IMG/VR virus record: IMGVR_UViG_3300037692_000137
Location: 160,001-224,000 of that record
Source of the DNA: a virus
Lineage: Duplodnaviria > Caudoviricetes
Direction: 5' to 3' (one strand)
Length of the DNA stretch: 64,000 nt
Below are positions 10,212-20,203 of this stretch, piece after piece (the stretch's first letter is position 1; each line of letters begins with the position of its first letter). The notes under the pieces are model-generated. The model was not told the origin of the DNA. It saw nothing but the letters and a program-made list of their open reading frames with translations, and did no database searches. The position numbers and the translations under genes are program-made.

Positions 10212-12014
10212 TTAATTATTGTTCCTAATAGAATCCAATTGCTGTAAAAAAGTATTGTACTCTTCTTCTGATAAATCTTTTACTATGTATTCTAGCGTGT
10301 TCAACGATGCTTCTGACTTAGGTGTTTTTGCAGGTTTTTTAGTTAATTTCTGTGGGTCTGTTTCTTTTTTATTAGTTGGTGATGTGACTTTACCAGATGG
10401 TCTACCATTGGAGGGTGTTCCAATAGGAGCACCTTGCACATCTTGTGTTTTAGCTTGCTGCCATGGGCTACCAACAATACCAAATATACCATCCTGCACT
10501 AATTGAAATTCGTTTGTCATGTTACTGAGCTCATTAGGATAATCAAAACCTAATAACTCAAGAGCTGTTTGGTAGCTAAGCATTCTTCTGTCCACTAATT
10601 GAGAAATGGTACTCATGTACAGAATTATGTCTTTTAATATACTATTATCCCATCTAACTTTTGGGAATCTTTCAAATCCCATAGCCTCTGCTATCTGTCT
10701 AAACTCTTTATACAGCCAGCGACTAACTTGTCTACGGGCATACTCAATTTCTTCTAGTATGCCTTTAATAGCCATGTTCACACTATCGGAACTAAATTCC
10801 CCTACACCGTCTATAAGTGCTCTAGTCATACCAAGACCGCCAGTAATATCCTCATTAACTTGTTCATACTTGGCTTTTCCTAAAATAGAGCTAATTTCGG
10901 GACTAACTATCTTCTCTACCTTCAGAGTGTGATTCCATACAACATCAAAAGACTTACTTGGGGTATTAAATAAGTCAGCTACAGCCTCTAACTCTGCCTG
11001 AGATGTTACAGGAAATTCATCATTACCAATAGTTATTTTTAGTATGTAATTAGATATACCATCTAATGTACTTAAGTCAGCCTCACGTAATGCTTTCTTG
11101 TAGTTTAATGAGTCAAATATTCTGGTAAGTTTAGGTCTTGCATAGCGCTCATAAGGTTGTTTTCTATACGTAATTGTACTAACTAACCTAGAGTCTAGTT
11201 GTAGTTCTTTACCACTTTCAGCAGCAGCCCTTAAGTCACTTGGTAATGATTTAACTAACACTTTTTCTTCTTCTGTCATAGTGCTAGATGGCTTCTTAAG
11301 TAGATCTTTTAACTCTGTGGGGGCAGTTAATTTTACAGAAACACTGTCAAACAGTAAGTTGCCATCTATAGTCACTAAGGCTGGATTTAGAACTGTGTAG
11401 GCTATAGGAAGATGCCCTTTGGACCATATCTTTTTAGCAGCACCAGTTTCAAGATTGGCTGTCTTTTTTAGAGCTTTGCCGGGAGCTGGAGATAATGTGG
11501 ATACCCTAGGCTCATACTTTGCTATGACTTTGTAGGTGGTTACCTGACCTACCTTAAAGAAGTCTAAAAATATCCATTCTAAGACCTCATCCATGGCTAT
11601 GTCAAATACCCAAGTGTCATAAAAGTTTTTTATGTTCTCATCATCAATGTCTAATTCAAAACCTTTTACTGCCAAAGAAGCAAGTAGGTTAGTAGTAGTG
11701 CCTACAATAGGATCAGTGTAGTAGTACCTGATGGCCTTCTTATAAGCATCTTGTGGTGCTTCGTCGTAAGGATCTTTAGACAGCCCTATATCTAGTAAGG
11801 ACCTACTTATAGCATCTCTTGTTATAGTAGAGGCCTGTGACTTATGTACCCTTGGTGTTATAGCTGTCCCTGGTTGCTCTAAAAAAGCTAAGGACTTTTT
11901 AGTAGGTTGTAGATAAAAAGTTGATTTACCACTTACCTCATCCAGCTCTATACTTCTTATGCCTACATCAGGATACTTCTCTTGTAGCTCACTTGTTATT
12001 TTATTTAAATCCAT
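10212..12014 (-). CDS. Portal protein
   Basis: 600 aa between terminase and protease; YYYTDPIVG, LNPALV and FPKVRWD motifs. Confidence 0.75.
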   Translation of the reverse strand: MDLNKITSELQEKYPDVGIRSIELDEVSGKSTFYLQPTKKSLAFLEQPGTAITPRVHKSQASTITRDAISRSLLDIGLSKDPYDEAPQDAYKKAIRYYYTDPIVGTTTNLLASLAVKGFELDIDDENIKNFYDTWVFDIAMDEVLEWIFLDFFKVGQVTTYKVIAKYEPRVSTLSPAPGKALKKTANLETGAAKKIWSKGHLPIAYTVLNPALVTIDGNLLFDSVSVKLTAPTELKDLLKKPSSTMTEEEKVLVKSLPSDLRAAAESGKELQLDSRLVSTITYRKQPYERYARPKLTRIFDSLNYKKALREADLSTLDGISNYILKITIGNDEFPVTSQAELEAVADLFNTPSKSFDVVWNHTLKVEKIVSPEISSILGKAKYEQVNEDITGGLGMTRALIDGVGEFSSDSVNMAIKGILEEIEYARRQVSRWLYKEFRQIAEAMGFERFPKVRWDNSILKDIILYMSTISQLVDRRMLSYQTALELLGFDYPNELSNMTNEFQLVQDGIFGIVGSPWQQAKTQDVQGAPIGTPSNGRPSGKVTSPTNKKETDPQKLTKKPAKTPKSEASLNTLEYIVKDLSEEEYNTFLQQLDSIRNNN

Positions 12015-12032
12015 AGCTTAGTCACCCTAATA

Positions 12033-12401
12033 TTAATATCTTGTAGATCTTTCATAAACTCTTACTTCGGAATCCTCACCAGTACTGATTATATACAAGG
12101 GCGCACTTGTTGTATCCTCCCACTCACCACCTGAACCAGCCACTAGTAGTCCGGAGGCGGCCAGTGTACCTGAAGTATACATTATTGCTACGTCAAAAGA
12201 ACCGGTGTTTATAACCTTTATATAAGTGCGGTTAAGTAGTGGGTTTGTAGGCAGTAGCGTAGCGGTGCCGCTAGTAACAGTCATGCTGGAAGTGACTACC
12301 TTACTGTAGTTATCTCTACGTCCTATCATATCATCTATCTCATACGGTGGTGGAACACCTATCGCTCTTGATCTTGTGTAATCGTCTGTCCATGAAGGCA
12401 T
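12033..12401 (-). CDS. Hypothetical structural protein
   Basis: AAGGAG RBS; beta-rich. Confidence 0.55.
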   Translation of the reverse strand: MPSWTDDYTRSRAIGVPPPYEIDDMIGRRDNYSKVVTSSMTVTSGTATLLPTNPLLNRTYIKVINTGSFDVAIMYTSGTLAASGLLVAGSGGEWEDTTSAPLYIISTGEDSEVRVYERSTRY

Positions 12402-12414
12402 AATATGTATCTCC

Positions 12415-13377
12415 TTAAAATAAAGTGCTTATAGATACACCAGCACTATAGTTAGAATCTTTATCTAAATAAACTGTTGGGCCAATAAATAAGTTTTCCA
12501 TTAGAGGTAATAGTTTTCCTATATTATATTTAACTGGGGTAAAGTACATCAACTCAGTATCTGATGCTTTTGCGGCGCCGAATGCTATAAACTGCCAGTC
12601 GCTGTCCGCCCTTGTCTTACCGTAACTGAATATACCTAAGTCTAAACCTACAGCAGTATCTGTACCAAATATACCAGAAAAGCCTATTCTTGGGCTATAC
12701 CAAAACTTCTTTTCTTTCTCGACCCTTTTAGCCCAGTTGTCTATTGTTAGGTCTATTGGAAACTTTTTATATGTACCATCCTCATTTTTACCTAATGATG
12801 ACCAATGGTTTTCTACCCATGCCTCAGCGTACCTTTTAGGGTTACCATCGTCATCTGTTGTTTCTACTATGTCAGTTTTTACTTCAAGTTTGTGTGGCTC
12901 TACCGACCAACGTTCTGCACCTTGTATGTTTGGGCTTAGCCTTACTACTGCTACAGGATATGGACTGCCTTCTGCGTCATTTAAGTTAACCGTTACTTCT
13001 TCTAAATCCCTTTTAGGGTTTTCAGGATCTTTATATGTGGTTGCTTTTGATAGCCAGTCAACTTTTCCTGAAAGTGTAGCAGTAACTTTACCTATCTCAT
13101 CGACACGCTCGTTGTTAGCCTTTATAGTTTTTAGCAACACACTATTTTGGGCCGCTAGTTGTTCTGTTAGTTTTTTGATATCAGCATTATTAGCTGCCAC
13201 TGTAGCTACGGCAGCGTTAGTAGCTATGTTTTCTATTGTGGTAATATCCACAGGGTTCTTGTCGTCGCGCCCGGTAAAATTACTTACCATTTTAGGTATT
13301 TCCATAAATAGAAATACTACCAGAGCTATTAATGCCAGCGACTTAGTTATGTCAAATATACTTGAATCTAATTTCAT
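12415..13377 (-). CDS. Membrane-anchored protein (possible spanin-like)
   Basis: N-terminal TM, coiled coil, beta-rich C-terminus ending in Phe. Confidence 0.45.
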   Translation of the reverse strand: MKLDSSIFDITKSLALIALVVFLFMEIPKMVSNFTGRDDKNPVDITTIENIATNAAVATVAANNADIKKLTEQLAAQNSVLLKTIKANNERVDEIGKVTATLSGKVDWLSKATTYKDPENPKRDLEEVTVNLNDAEGSPYPVAVVRLSPNIQGAERWSVEPHKLEVKTDIVETTDDDGNPKRYAEAWVENHWSSLGKNEDGTYKKFPIDLTIDNWAKRVEKEKKFWYSPRIGFSGIFGTDTAVGLDLGIFSYGKTRADSDWQFIAFGAAKASDTELMYFTPVKYNIGKLLPLMENLFIGPTVYLDKDSNYSAGVSISTLF

Positions 13378-13652
13378 TTATCAGTATCCATACCGTCAGA
13401 ATCTTCTGTTAGTGATGTCTTTGCTATAATACGTGTTGTAGCTAAAGTTATAAAACCGCCTGACAAAAAACTTAGCCCTAACGTAGCGGATATCCAAGGC
13501 TCACCTTGTTTCAATCCTTCATTAAACATACCATATACAATAGGTGCATAAATAAAAAGTAACCATTGGTATTTAACGGAGGCTACATTTCTCAAGCATT
13601 TTTGTATCCAAGCATCCCAAAACGTTCTATTAAAAATTGTATACGTCTCCAA
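13374..13652 (-). CDS. Small two-TM membrane protein (holin candidate)
   Basis: Two hydrophobic segments and a charged C-terminus; overlaps the next gene. Confidence 0.45.
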   Translation of the reverse strand: METYTIFNRTFWDAWIQKCLRNVASVKYQWLLFIYAPIVYGMFNEGLKQGEPWISATLGLSFLSGGFITLATTRIIAKTSLTEDSDGMDTDK

Positions 13653-13712
13653 CGTGTTATTCCCCTAGATATAATATGCTATTAAATTAATAAATCTTTA
13701 TTTATATAGAGG

Positions 13713-15443
13713 TTACTTTATTTTTTTCTTTAATATAGCCATAGATATATTAGGATTACCTACTGCCGCGGTAGCAGTTCTGGATATCTCTCTAAAAGAA
13801 GCATTTGGGCTTCTTTCTCTAACCATACCACCACAACTATGTAATACAGGATCTAAAACAGTATCCACCGGCTTACTTAATTCTTTTGCTCCATACCCAG
13901 CTAAAATTAAAGAAGAGTATAAGTCTTTGTTTTGTCCTTTCTTAGGTGTGTCAAAATGTAGAACGCCACTGCCAGTTTGAGTTAATATAATACTGAGCAG
14001 TTGTTTTTTAAGTTCATATATGGCTGCGTATTGCTCATCTAATTGATCAGACCCGTCCGGCATGCGCTCTGGAAATAGTAAAAGTCTGTCTTCAAACAAG
14101 GATAATGTTGAATAGTTAGCTTCTTGTATCCACTGTGGCGTAAAATTTATTAACTCTAATATATGCTTGCCTTTCCAATGAGAATGATCTAGATTAGTTC
14201 TATCTATAATAGGTGTTGCACCATTATAACCTTCTTCTAACAAATCACATATAGCTTTACCACCGCCGGCCTTATCCATATATATACGAATAACATTATA
14301 GGTTTTGCAAACACTCTGTAAAGTAGTCACCATACTTTGTGTCGTGCCATTCTTTACTTCTAACATATTTACTATTCTATTTGGTTGTCCTAATTTAACT
14401 ATGGACACACCACAGCTTGCTGAGCCACCTTGATTAGGGTCTACGCCAATGACATATTCAGCCTTACTATCTCCACTTAGTTCTAAGTAGTGCCCACTGT
14501 TACTTGTACATGCTTCTAGCATAGAAGCTTTAAAAAAGCCTTCGGAATCAGACACCATCTCTGCTTCATATTCCATACGAAATTCATGGTCAGACATTAC
14601 CCGGCGGGCCTCTTCAATGTTGTTCTCGTCCAAGAAACCTTTTGGTAAAAACCAGTGAGGTATCTGATGCACCATAACATTAGACCCTTCTTCACCTTCC
14701 TGTATAATTTTATCCCAATACGCACGCATACGCCTATACATATGATTGAATTTATAGAAACCAGAAGAAGTCATTACCATCTTATTAACCTGCTCATCAT
14801 CAAAGTCCTCTTCTGTGGCTAGTCCGGACTCAATTAGCAAACGCATCTGCTCAAGGCGTCTAACATTAGCCATAGGATCTTGCTTTGTAGCTCCCATAGG
14901 CCGGAGAACCATATCTAATATCTTATCTGGAACTTGAGCCAACTCATCAATACATATTAAATAAAAACGGGAACCACGTATTTTGGCGCCATCATTACCT
15001 AACGGTATAGCCTCAATAAAAGAACCATTACTAGAACCAACTGATTTAAATTTAAGATAAGCGGTGTCAGATCCTCTAATTGGTTTCTTTTCTGTGGCTT
15101 CCCTGAGGATGGCTGATTTTGTATAGTGTTTTTCTACTTCGGAAAAAATCATTTTGGACTGTCTAAAGGAGGGACCTACTAAGCCAACCCTATACCCTGG
15201 GTATAGCATAGCACGTAGTGCGGCTAGTGTACCTAAAAGAAAGGACTTACCAAAACCACGGCCGGCCACGGTAATTGTATAGTCTCTAAACCACATATCT
15301 TCAAATACGATACGTTGTATAGGAGCTAAATCTACGCCAAGTAAGTCATAGGCGGCGATACAAGGATTATTTCTGTAGAATTCTATTAACATAGGACCCT
15401 GCCCCATTACAGCGTCCATCATTCTACCTTTCTTAGGAGCCAT
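13713..15443 (-). CDS. terL: Terminase large subunit
   Basis: Walker A GRGFGKS, Walker B ICIDE, nuclease GVDP and KDLYSS motifs. Confidence 0.92.
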   Translation of the reverse strand: MAPKKGRMMDAVMGQGPMLIEFYRNNPCIAAYDLLGVDLAPIQRIVFEDMWFRDYTITVAGRGFGKSFLLGTLAALRAMLYPGYRVGLVGPSFRQSKMIFSEVEKHYTKSAILREATEKKPIRGSDTAYLKFKSVGSSNGSFIEAIPLGNDGAKIRGSRFYLICIDELAQVPDKILDMVLRPMGATKQDPMANVRRLEQMRLLIESGLATEEDFDDEQVNKMVMTSSGFYKFNHMYRRMRAYWDKIIQEGEEGSNVMVHQIPHWFLPKGFLDENNIEEARRVMSDHEFRMEYEAEMVSDSEGFFKASMLEACTSNSGHYLELSGDSKAEYVIGVDPNQGGSASCGVSIVKLGQPNRIVNMLEVKNGTTQSMVTTLQSVCKTYNVIRIYMDKAGGGKAICDLLEEGYNGATPIIDRTNLDHSHWKGKHILELINFTPQWIQEANYSTLSLFEDRLLLFPERMPDGSDQLDEQYAAIYELKKQLLSIILTQTGSGVLHFDTPKKGQNKDLYSSLILAGYGAKELSKPVDTVLDPVLHSCGGMVRERSPNASFREISRTATAAVGNPNISMAILKKKIK

Positions 15444-15967
15444 TATTCGTCGTTCTCCTTTTTAACATGTCCATCGACGTCATATTTATTACCAGGATTT
15501 TCCATAATTAATTTTTTAGACATTTCGTCTTCTTCTTTAAGTTGTCTTACTTTGCTCTCTAGTGTGCCACGTTTGGTTTGGTCATATGCAAAAGCTAGGT
15601 CTACTATGGAAAAGCCTTTATGCTCATTAGGGTTAATTCTATCTTTTCTTCTGGAAGATAAGCTCTCTTTAATTTTTTCTGTTTGTTTACGTAGTTTTTC
15701 TATACTTGCTGTTATGTCTAGTTGGCGATTAGCATCCCCTTTACTGGTGCGTAGTAATCTTATTTCTAAAACCTTATTAGTGGCCAAGGTCATTACGTCA
15801 TCTAAGTCACTTGCTGACAAGTCCTCATCATCGAAGTCTTTTATGTAGATATCTACTAGTGATGTATAGATATTAAGCTCGTCTTCGGCGAATATTTCCC
15901 CTACAGGCATAATCTCTGTTAAAAGTTGCCTAACGCTGGGCGGGTTTTTTGGTCTTCCTGCTGCCAT
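15443..15967 (-). CDS. Terminase small subunit (putative)
   Basis: Helical 174-aa ORF translationally coupled immediately upstream of terL. Confidence 0.55.
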   Translation of the reverse strand: MAAGRPKNPPSVRQLLTEIMPVGEIFAEDELNIYTSLVDIYIKDFDDEDLSASDLDDVMTLATNKVLEIRLLRTSKGDANRQLDITASIEKLRKQTEKIKESLSSRRKDRINPNEHKGFSIVDLAFAYDQTKRGTLESKVRQLKEEDEMSKKLIMENPGNKYDVDGHVKKENDE

Positions 15968-15968
15968 G

Positions 15969-16385
15969 TTATATATCCATATAGTCGTTTATATCAATAC
16001 CTAACTCCGTGCAACGTTCTTTAAGTAGTAATATTGTTTCCGGTGTTAAATCATGACTAAAATAATCTATGTTATCCCCATAAACTAGCTCTGTTTTGCG
16101 AGTATTACGCATAGACCTATCAGTCAATATGTCTTCAAACTCATCTAATTCTTCTCTAATATCTGTAATCCAAGAGCATAAGCTGTCGTCGTCTGATCGA
16201 CAGTATTTATTAATTAGCTCTGTGGACAAAGGGTTAAGACGCCTAAAGTAGATCATCAATGTTCTTGATATTTTATTTTTAGTTTCTTGTGTATGTAGTT
16301 GCCCTTTTTTAGACTCACTTATTGCCATTTTACTGATATCGCTTAGTCTATACCCAGTAGGGCGACCGCGTTTTTTATTATTCAT
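15969..16385 (-). CDS. NUMOD3-motif DNA-binding protein, no nuclease domain seen
   Basis: GYRLSDISKMAISESKKGQLHTQETKNKISRT tandem NUMOD3-like motifs. Confidence 0.6.
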   Translation of the reverse strand: MNNKKRGRPTGYRLSDISKMAISESKKGQLHTQETKNKISRTLMIYFRRLNPLSTELINKYCRSDDDSLCSWITDIREELDEFEDILTDRSMRNTRKTELVYGDNIDYFSHDLTPETILLLKERCTELGIDINDYMDI

Positions 16386-16707
16386 TATCTACCTCCTGAA
16401 CAGCAGCATATACTTTACAACTTGAGCATATAATACCTACGGTAGTCTTATTAACATATTTAATGGTGCCACAGTTTGTGCATTTAACAAACTTACTTCT
16501 ACTATCTTTTTTAGGCTTAGAGAACGTAAAAGGTAGATTACCATAAGTATCCATACACTTACTTTCTCTCTGTATACGCGCGTTATGCTGAGCCACACCA
16601 CCATGAGGGTCATACCTACGTCCAGTAACTCCTGGAGTTAATTCCTGTTTACCTACATCGGAGTTAATAACACCTTTAGTTAAATCTTTAATAAACTCAT
16701 TATTCAT
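16378..16707 (-). CDS. Zinc-ribbon protein
   Basis: CTNC...CSSC pairs. Confidence 0.6.
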   Translation of the reverse strand: MNNEFIKDLTKGVINSDVGKQELTPGVTGRRYDPHGGVAQHNARIQRESKCMDTYGNLPFTFSKPKKDSRSKFVKCTNCGTIKYVNKTTVGIICSSCKVYAAVQEVDNE

Positions 16708-17275
16708 TAACTTGCCTCTTAAAATATACCTCTATACATTTTTTAGATGCTACGTAATCAGATAAATAAACACATAATTCCTCTGGTGTAAACTCAGACA
16801 AAGGCTTTTTCCACGCGCCTGAGGACCAAGGACCATAGTGGTGACCTACAGCATTACGTATAATAGTGAAAGATTTATCACTTAGTATTTGTGTAGCCTC
16901 CTGCACCTCTTCTACAAGCTTGGCTCCAAGTAGTGGGTGAGTTTTAGCAGTATGACCAGACTTTTCTAAACCTTGTTTTCTTAAATCATGTATTATAGCA
17001 GCTGATAAAATCTCATCTCTATTATCTTCGCAGTCCAACCCTCTGCTTAATTCATAAGCAACTGTAAACACTTTCTTTGTATGTAAAATAGTCCCATCAG
17101 GACCTAACTCAGATATTGGATGATATTTACCAGTACTACTGGCTGGACAGTCCAAAAAAATATAATCAGGGGCCGACATGATACACAAACGTGTGAACTC
17201 TCTTATCGACGGATCAAATATTAACTCTAATTCCTGTTCAAAAACTACTACTTTATCGTCTGGTGTAATACCCAT
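16700..17275 (-). CDS. HD-domain phosphohydrolase
   Basis: PAS..YH, LHT, IIHDLRKQG and GHHYGPW motifs. Confidence 0.8.
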   Translation of the reverse strand: MGITPDDKVVVFEQELELIFDPSIREFTRLCIMSAPDYIFLDCPASSTGKYHPISELGPDGTILHTKKVFTVAYELSRGLDCEDNRDEILSAAIIHDLRKQGLEKSGHTAKTHPLLGAKLVEEVQEATQILSDKSFTIIRNAVGHHYGPWSSGAWKKPLSEFTPEELCVYLSDYVASKKCIEVYFKRQVNE

Positions 17276-17284
17276 TTAAAAACC

Positions 17285-17515
17285 TCACCTTGATTTCAGA
17301 GTGTAGTCATCACTCTCTAAGTTAATTTTCTCTACTCTTGTTGATTGGTGGTGGGGGTTATAGCCAGCCTGCGGGAAAGTGCCGCCTACACCCCTATAGT
17401 TTCTTGGGTAAGTGTCAAATTTAATAAACCTGTCTTTTTTATCAGTGCTTAGCGGATATCTTTCTTGCATTTTTATAAATGTAGGTTCTCTAAATTCACT
17501 AATGTCTATAGGCAT
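17285..17515 (-). CDS. Hypothetical protein
   Basis: GGAGG RBS; operon context. Confidence 0.55.
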   Translation of the reverse strand: MPIDISEFREPTFIKMQERYPLSTDKKDRFIKFDTYPRNYRGVGGTFPQAGYNPHHQSTRVEKINLESDDYTLKSR

Positions 17516-17542
17516 AATTAGTAACCCTCCAGGTTAAGTTTA

Positions 17543-17590
17543 TTAACAACCACCTTTCTTACCACCCTTCTTAGTGTCTTTCTTAGCCAT
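17543..17590 (-). CDS. 15-aa basic micropeptide MAKKDTKKGGKKGGC
   Basis: Read by hand; AAGGGG RBS upstream; fills the intergenic gap. Confidence 0.5.
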   Translation of the reverse strand: MAKKDTKKGGKKGGC

Positions 17591-17601
17591 AGTAAAACCC
17601 C

Positions 17602-17886
17602 TTACTTATTTTTAGTAAGCTCCTCATACTCTTCTTTGTATGAAGCCACGGCTTTATCAATAGATTCTTTGTTGGACTGAATAAACCCCATTAAATCGAA
17701 AGCAAAGTCAGGGATTGTGGTTCCCTTCCACTCATAGTTAATGGAAATGTACTCACCCTCACCTTTCTTGGCTACCGCTGAAGCGTAGTTATAACCATCT
17801 GCACTTTTTGATATACTTGTATGCATAATTTCTTCGGGGTTAATCATAAGTGTCATTGCTTTACCTGTCATTGTTTTGCTTGCCAT
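17602..17886 (-). CDS. Hypothetical protein
   Basis: AAGGAG RBS; overlaps the dNMP kinase end. Confidence 0.6.
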   Translation of the reverse strand: MASKTMTGKAMTLMINPEEIMHTSISKSADGYNYASAVAKKGEGEYISINYEWKGTTIPDFAFDLMGFIQSNKESIDKAVASYKEEYEELTKNK

Positions 17887-18485
17887 TTTTTTGTCTCCTT
17901 TATGTTTATAACATTTTCTACAAAGTAGTCTAGCTTCTTGTACAAATCATCTGTGCTACCATTGTTAGCAATAACGTAGTGTGTAGGAAGATTGTTATCA
18001 TCTAAAGCTGTCTCAGTTTCGTGCTCTTCACCATTTATGAAGGGCCTATTATTTCTTGTAATACGGATGTGGTAACCACCCCTATCTAGTACAGCCTTAA
18101 CTTCATTAGGTTGTCTTAAGTCTGTAATAATAACATTCCCAGCAACAACGTTACGAAATAGCGCTTTGACCCAGTAATCATTATCAAAGGAACGCATAAA
18201 TTGACCATATGCCTGCATCATTTCTCTTGGAGTCCAAAACCCTCCAGTTTGTTTAGGATAACGCTCGTCTTGAATTTCCTTTAAATCACCATATACCTGT
18301 GTGTAGCTTAAATTAAACTTTTCTATTAAATCTTGTTTCAATGTGTTGGCATACGCTGTTATATAAGTGTTGTAATATACAGCGCCTATTTTGTTATACA
18401 GATAAGTACCAGCGGTATCTTTACCCACCCGCGCCTTTCCTGAAATACCTATTAAAATACTTTCTTTGTCCTTTACCGTCTCCAT
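17868..18485 (-). CDS. Deoxynucleoside monophosphate kinase (T4 gp1-like)
   Basis: GISGKARVGKDT P-loop; TPREMMQAYG, VIITDLRQPNE and HETET motifs. Confidence 0.85.
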   Translation of the reverse strand: METVKDKESILIGISGKARVGKDTAGTYLYNKIGAVYYNTYITAYANTLKQDLIEKFNLSYTQVYGDLKEIQDERYPKQTGGFWTPREMMQAYGQFMRSFDNDYWVKALFRNVVAGNVIITDLRQPNEVKAVLDRGGYHIRITRNNRPFINGEEHETETALDDNNLPTHYVIANNGSTDDLYKKLDYFVENVINIKETKKWQAKQ

Positions 18486-18507
18486 GTAAATCACCTTATA
18501 TGTATTG

Positions 18508-18786
18508 CTATATTGTTAGGTAGAATGCATTACCTTGTCTAGATACCTTACCCCATCGACTGTTGTCTTGTTGCACTGGAGTATCATAATGATATCTAGG
18601 TTTTATTACTTTGTTATTATAGCATATACATTTGCTACTGTCAACCATATTCTTTTCAATTACTGTAGTATCTACAGTACAGTTAACTATAACTGGCATA
18701 TCATTGATAAGTAATAATATTGTTTTATACCTAATACCTAAACATATAGCATATATTCTTTTTAAAACGCCGGATGCTAAAGTCAT
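18508..18786 (-). CDS. Hypothetical protein
   Basis: ATGA coupling to the upstream gene. Confidence 0.45.
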   Translation of the reverse strand: MTLASGVLKRIYAICLGIRYKTILLLINDMPVIVNCTVDTTVIEKNMVDSSKCICYNNKVIKPRYHYDTPVQQDNSRWGKVSRQGNAFYLTI

Positions 18787-19046
18787 ATTTTAAATCCTTT
18801 TAGTTTTTTAATGCTTTTCTTTAACTCGTTACTTTCTTTTTTTATACTAGTAAGTAGTTTACTGGCTGTATTAGTTAACTGCTTGTCTATAGCAGGTAAA
18901 TCTTGTCTGTCTATTTCAATTAATTTAACTATGTGTTCTCGACACATGTCACTATCAACACAGTGCTTATCTTTACACAAACACTTTATATTCAAACCTT
19001 CAAATTGTACCCAATACTTATCAAGCAAGTTCGGTGCTCCAATCAC
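18783..19046 (-). CDS. Hypothetical protein
   Basis: Operon context; Cys cluster. Confidence 0.45.
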   Translation of the reverse strand: MIGAPNLLDKYWVQFEGLNIKCLCKDKHCVDSDMCREHIVKLIEIDRQDLPAIDKQLTNTASKLLTSIKKESNELKKSIKKLKGFKI

Positions 19047-19449
19047 TGGCTTTTATATGCCGTATTAATTTTAAGTAGTCCTCTAATAAAACATTCCTAT
19101 CCTTCATAGTAGTTAAAACATCTATATGAGAGGCGTCACTATTTATTAAAGTGGTATACAAGTTTAGCCTACTTTCTAACGTAGCAGCTATTTCCAAAGC
19201 ATCTGTAATACTAATTTTATTATCTCCTATAACTACGGTGTTAGCGGTATTACATTTTTTTAATACAACCTTTTGACTTTGTATCTGATCGTACAAACTA
19301 AATAATTTACTAATACAATCTTTATATACTCTAGATAAACTATCTGTATCCCCAGTCATATTTTGTAGCTTATTGATGTAGGATTCTAGCTCTCTAATTT
19401 CATCTTGTGTTTGTAATTTACGTAAAACTAATTCAGCTACTAACATCAT
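19021..19449 (-). CDS. Coiled-coil hypothetical protein
   Basis: GAGG RBS; helical; ends DWSTEL. Confidence 0.55.
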   Translation of the reverse strand: MMLVAELVLRKLQTQDEIRELESYINKLQNMTGDTDSLSRVYKDCISKLFSLYDQIQSQKVVLKKCNTANTVVIGDNKISITDALEIAATLESRLNLYTTLINSDASHIDVLTTMKDRNVLLEDYLKLIRHIKASDWSTELA

Positions 19450-19458
19450 AATACCTCA

Positions 19459-20142
19459 TTATAAGTAAGTACCACAACTACCACAATACTTTATGTAAGA
19501 CTTCCAACGTTTACCACAGGATGAACACTGTTTTTTAGTTTTAGTCATTATAGGTTTTTTAACTTCACGTTTAAAGTCATCATATCCTTGTAGTTTAAGT
19601 GTAATAACATATGACTGTGTCTCTAAAACACCTGTATGGGTTGTTATAAAATCTTGTTTTGTTGGGGTTCCTTTTACAGTTATACCAGACGAACTATATG
19701 TATTAGAAGCACCAGCTACATCTGACCTATAGCCTATCACGTCATAACTTGATTTAAAGCCCGACAACTCTTTAATAACATCTCTAAAAGGTATCGATGG
19801 TTTTTCAAAAGTGTACTCTACTCTAACTATACCATCATCTAGCCTGTCTCCTCTAAAATCTGATATAGCCTTGGTCTTCTGTATAAATCTAAACTTATTA
19901 TTTACCCTTAAATTGTCTAAGGCACCTTTTAATTCTACTATATCATTAGCCGGAACAACTAGCTGGTTATCATTTAGTACAGATAGACCATCAATGTCCA
20001 CAGACACTACCGCTCTACGTGAATCGTAGTTTTTTAATACAATGGTGTAGTCTGAACCAAAAGGAACAGTAACTACACCATCTACTTCTCTAAGTACTTT
20101 ACCATTGTGTTTTAATATAACTAAAAAATTGTTTTTATACAT
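19459..20142 (-). CDS. Conserved phage protein with C-terminal zinc ribbon
   Basis: VPFGSDYTIVLKN..RRAVVSVDIDG N-terminus; CSSCG...CGSCG. Confidence 0.65.
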   Translation of the reverse strand: MYKNNFLVILKHNGKVLREVDGVVTVPFGSDYTIVLKNYDSRRAVVSVDIDGLSVLNDNQLVVPANDIVELKGALDNLRVNNKFRFIQKTKAISDFRGDRLDDGIVRVEYTFEKPSIPFRDVIKELSGFKSSYDVIGYRSDVAGASNTYSSSGITVKGTPTKQDFITTHTGVLETQSYVITLKLQGYDDFKREVKKPIMTKTKKQCSSCGKRWKSYIKYCGSCGTYL

Positions 20143-20203
20143 AATGTTCTCCTTTAAAGACCTCCAACAATGGTCTTGGTTTATGCTGGATGGATAATTG
20201 TTA

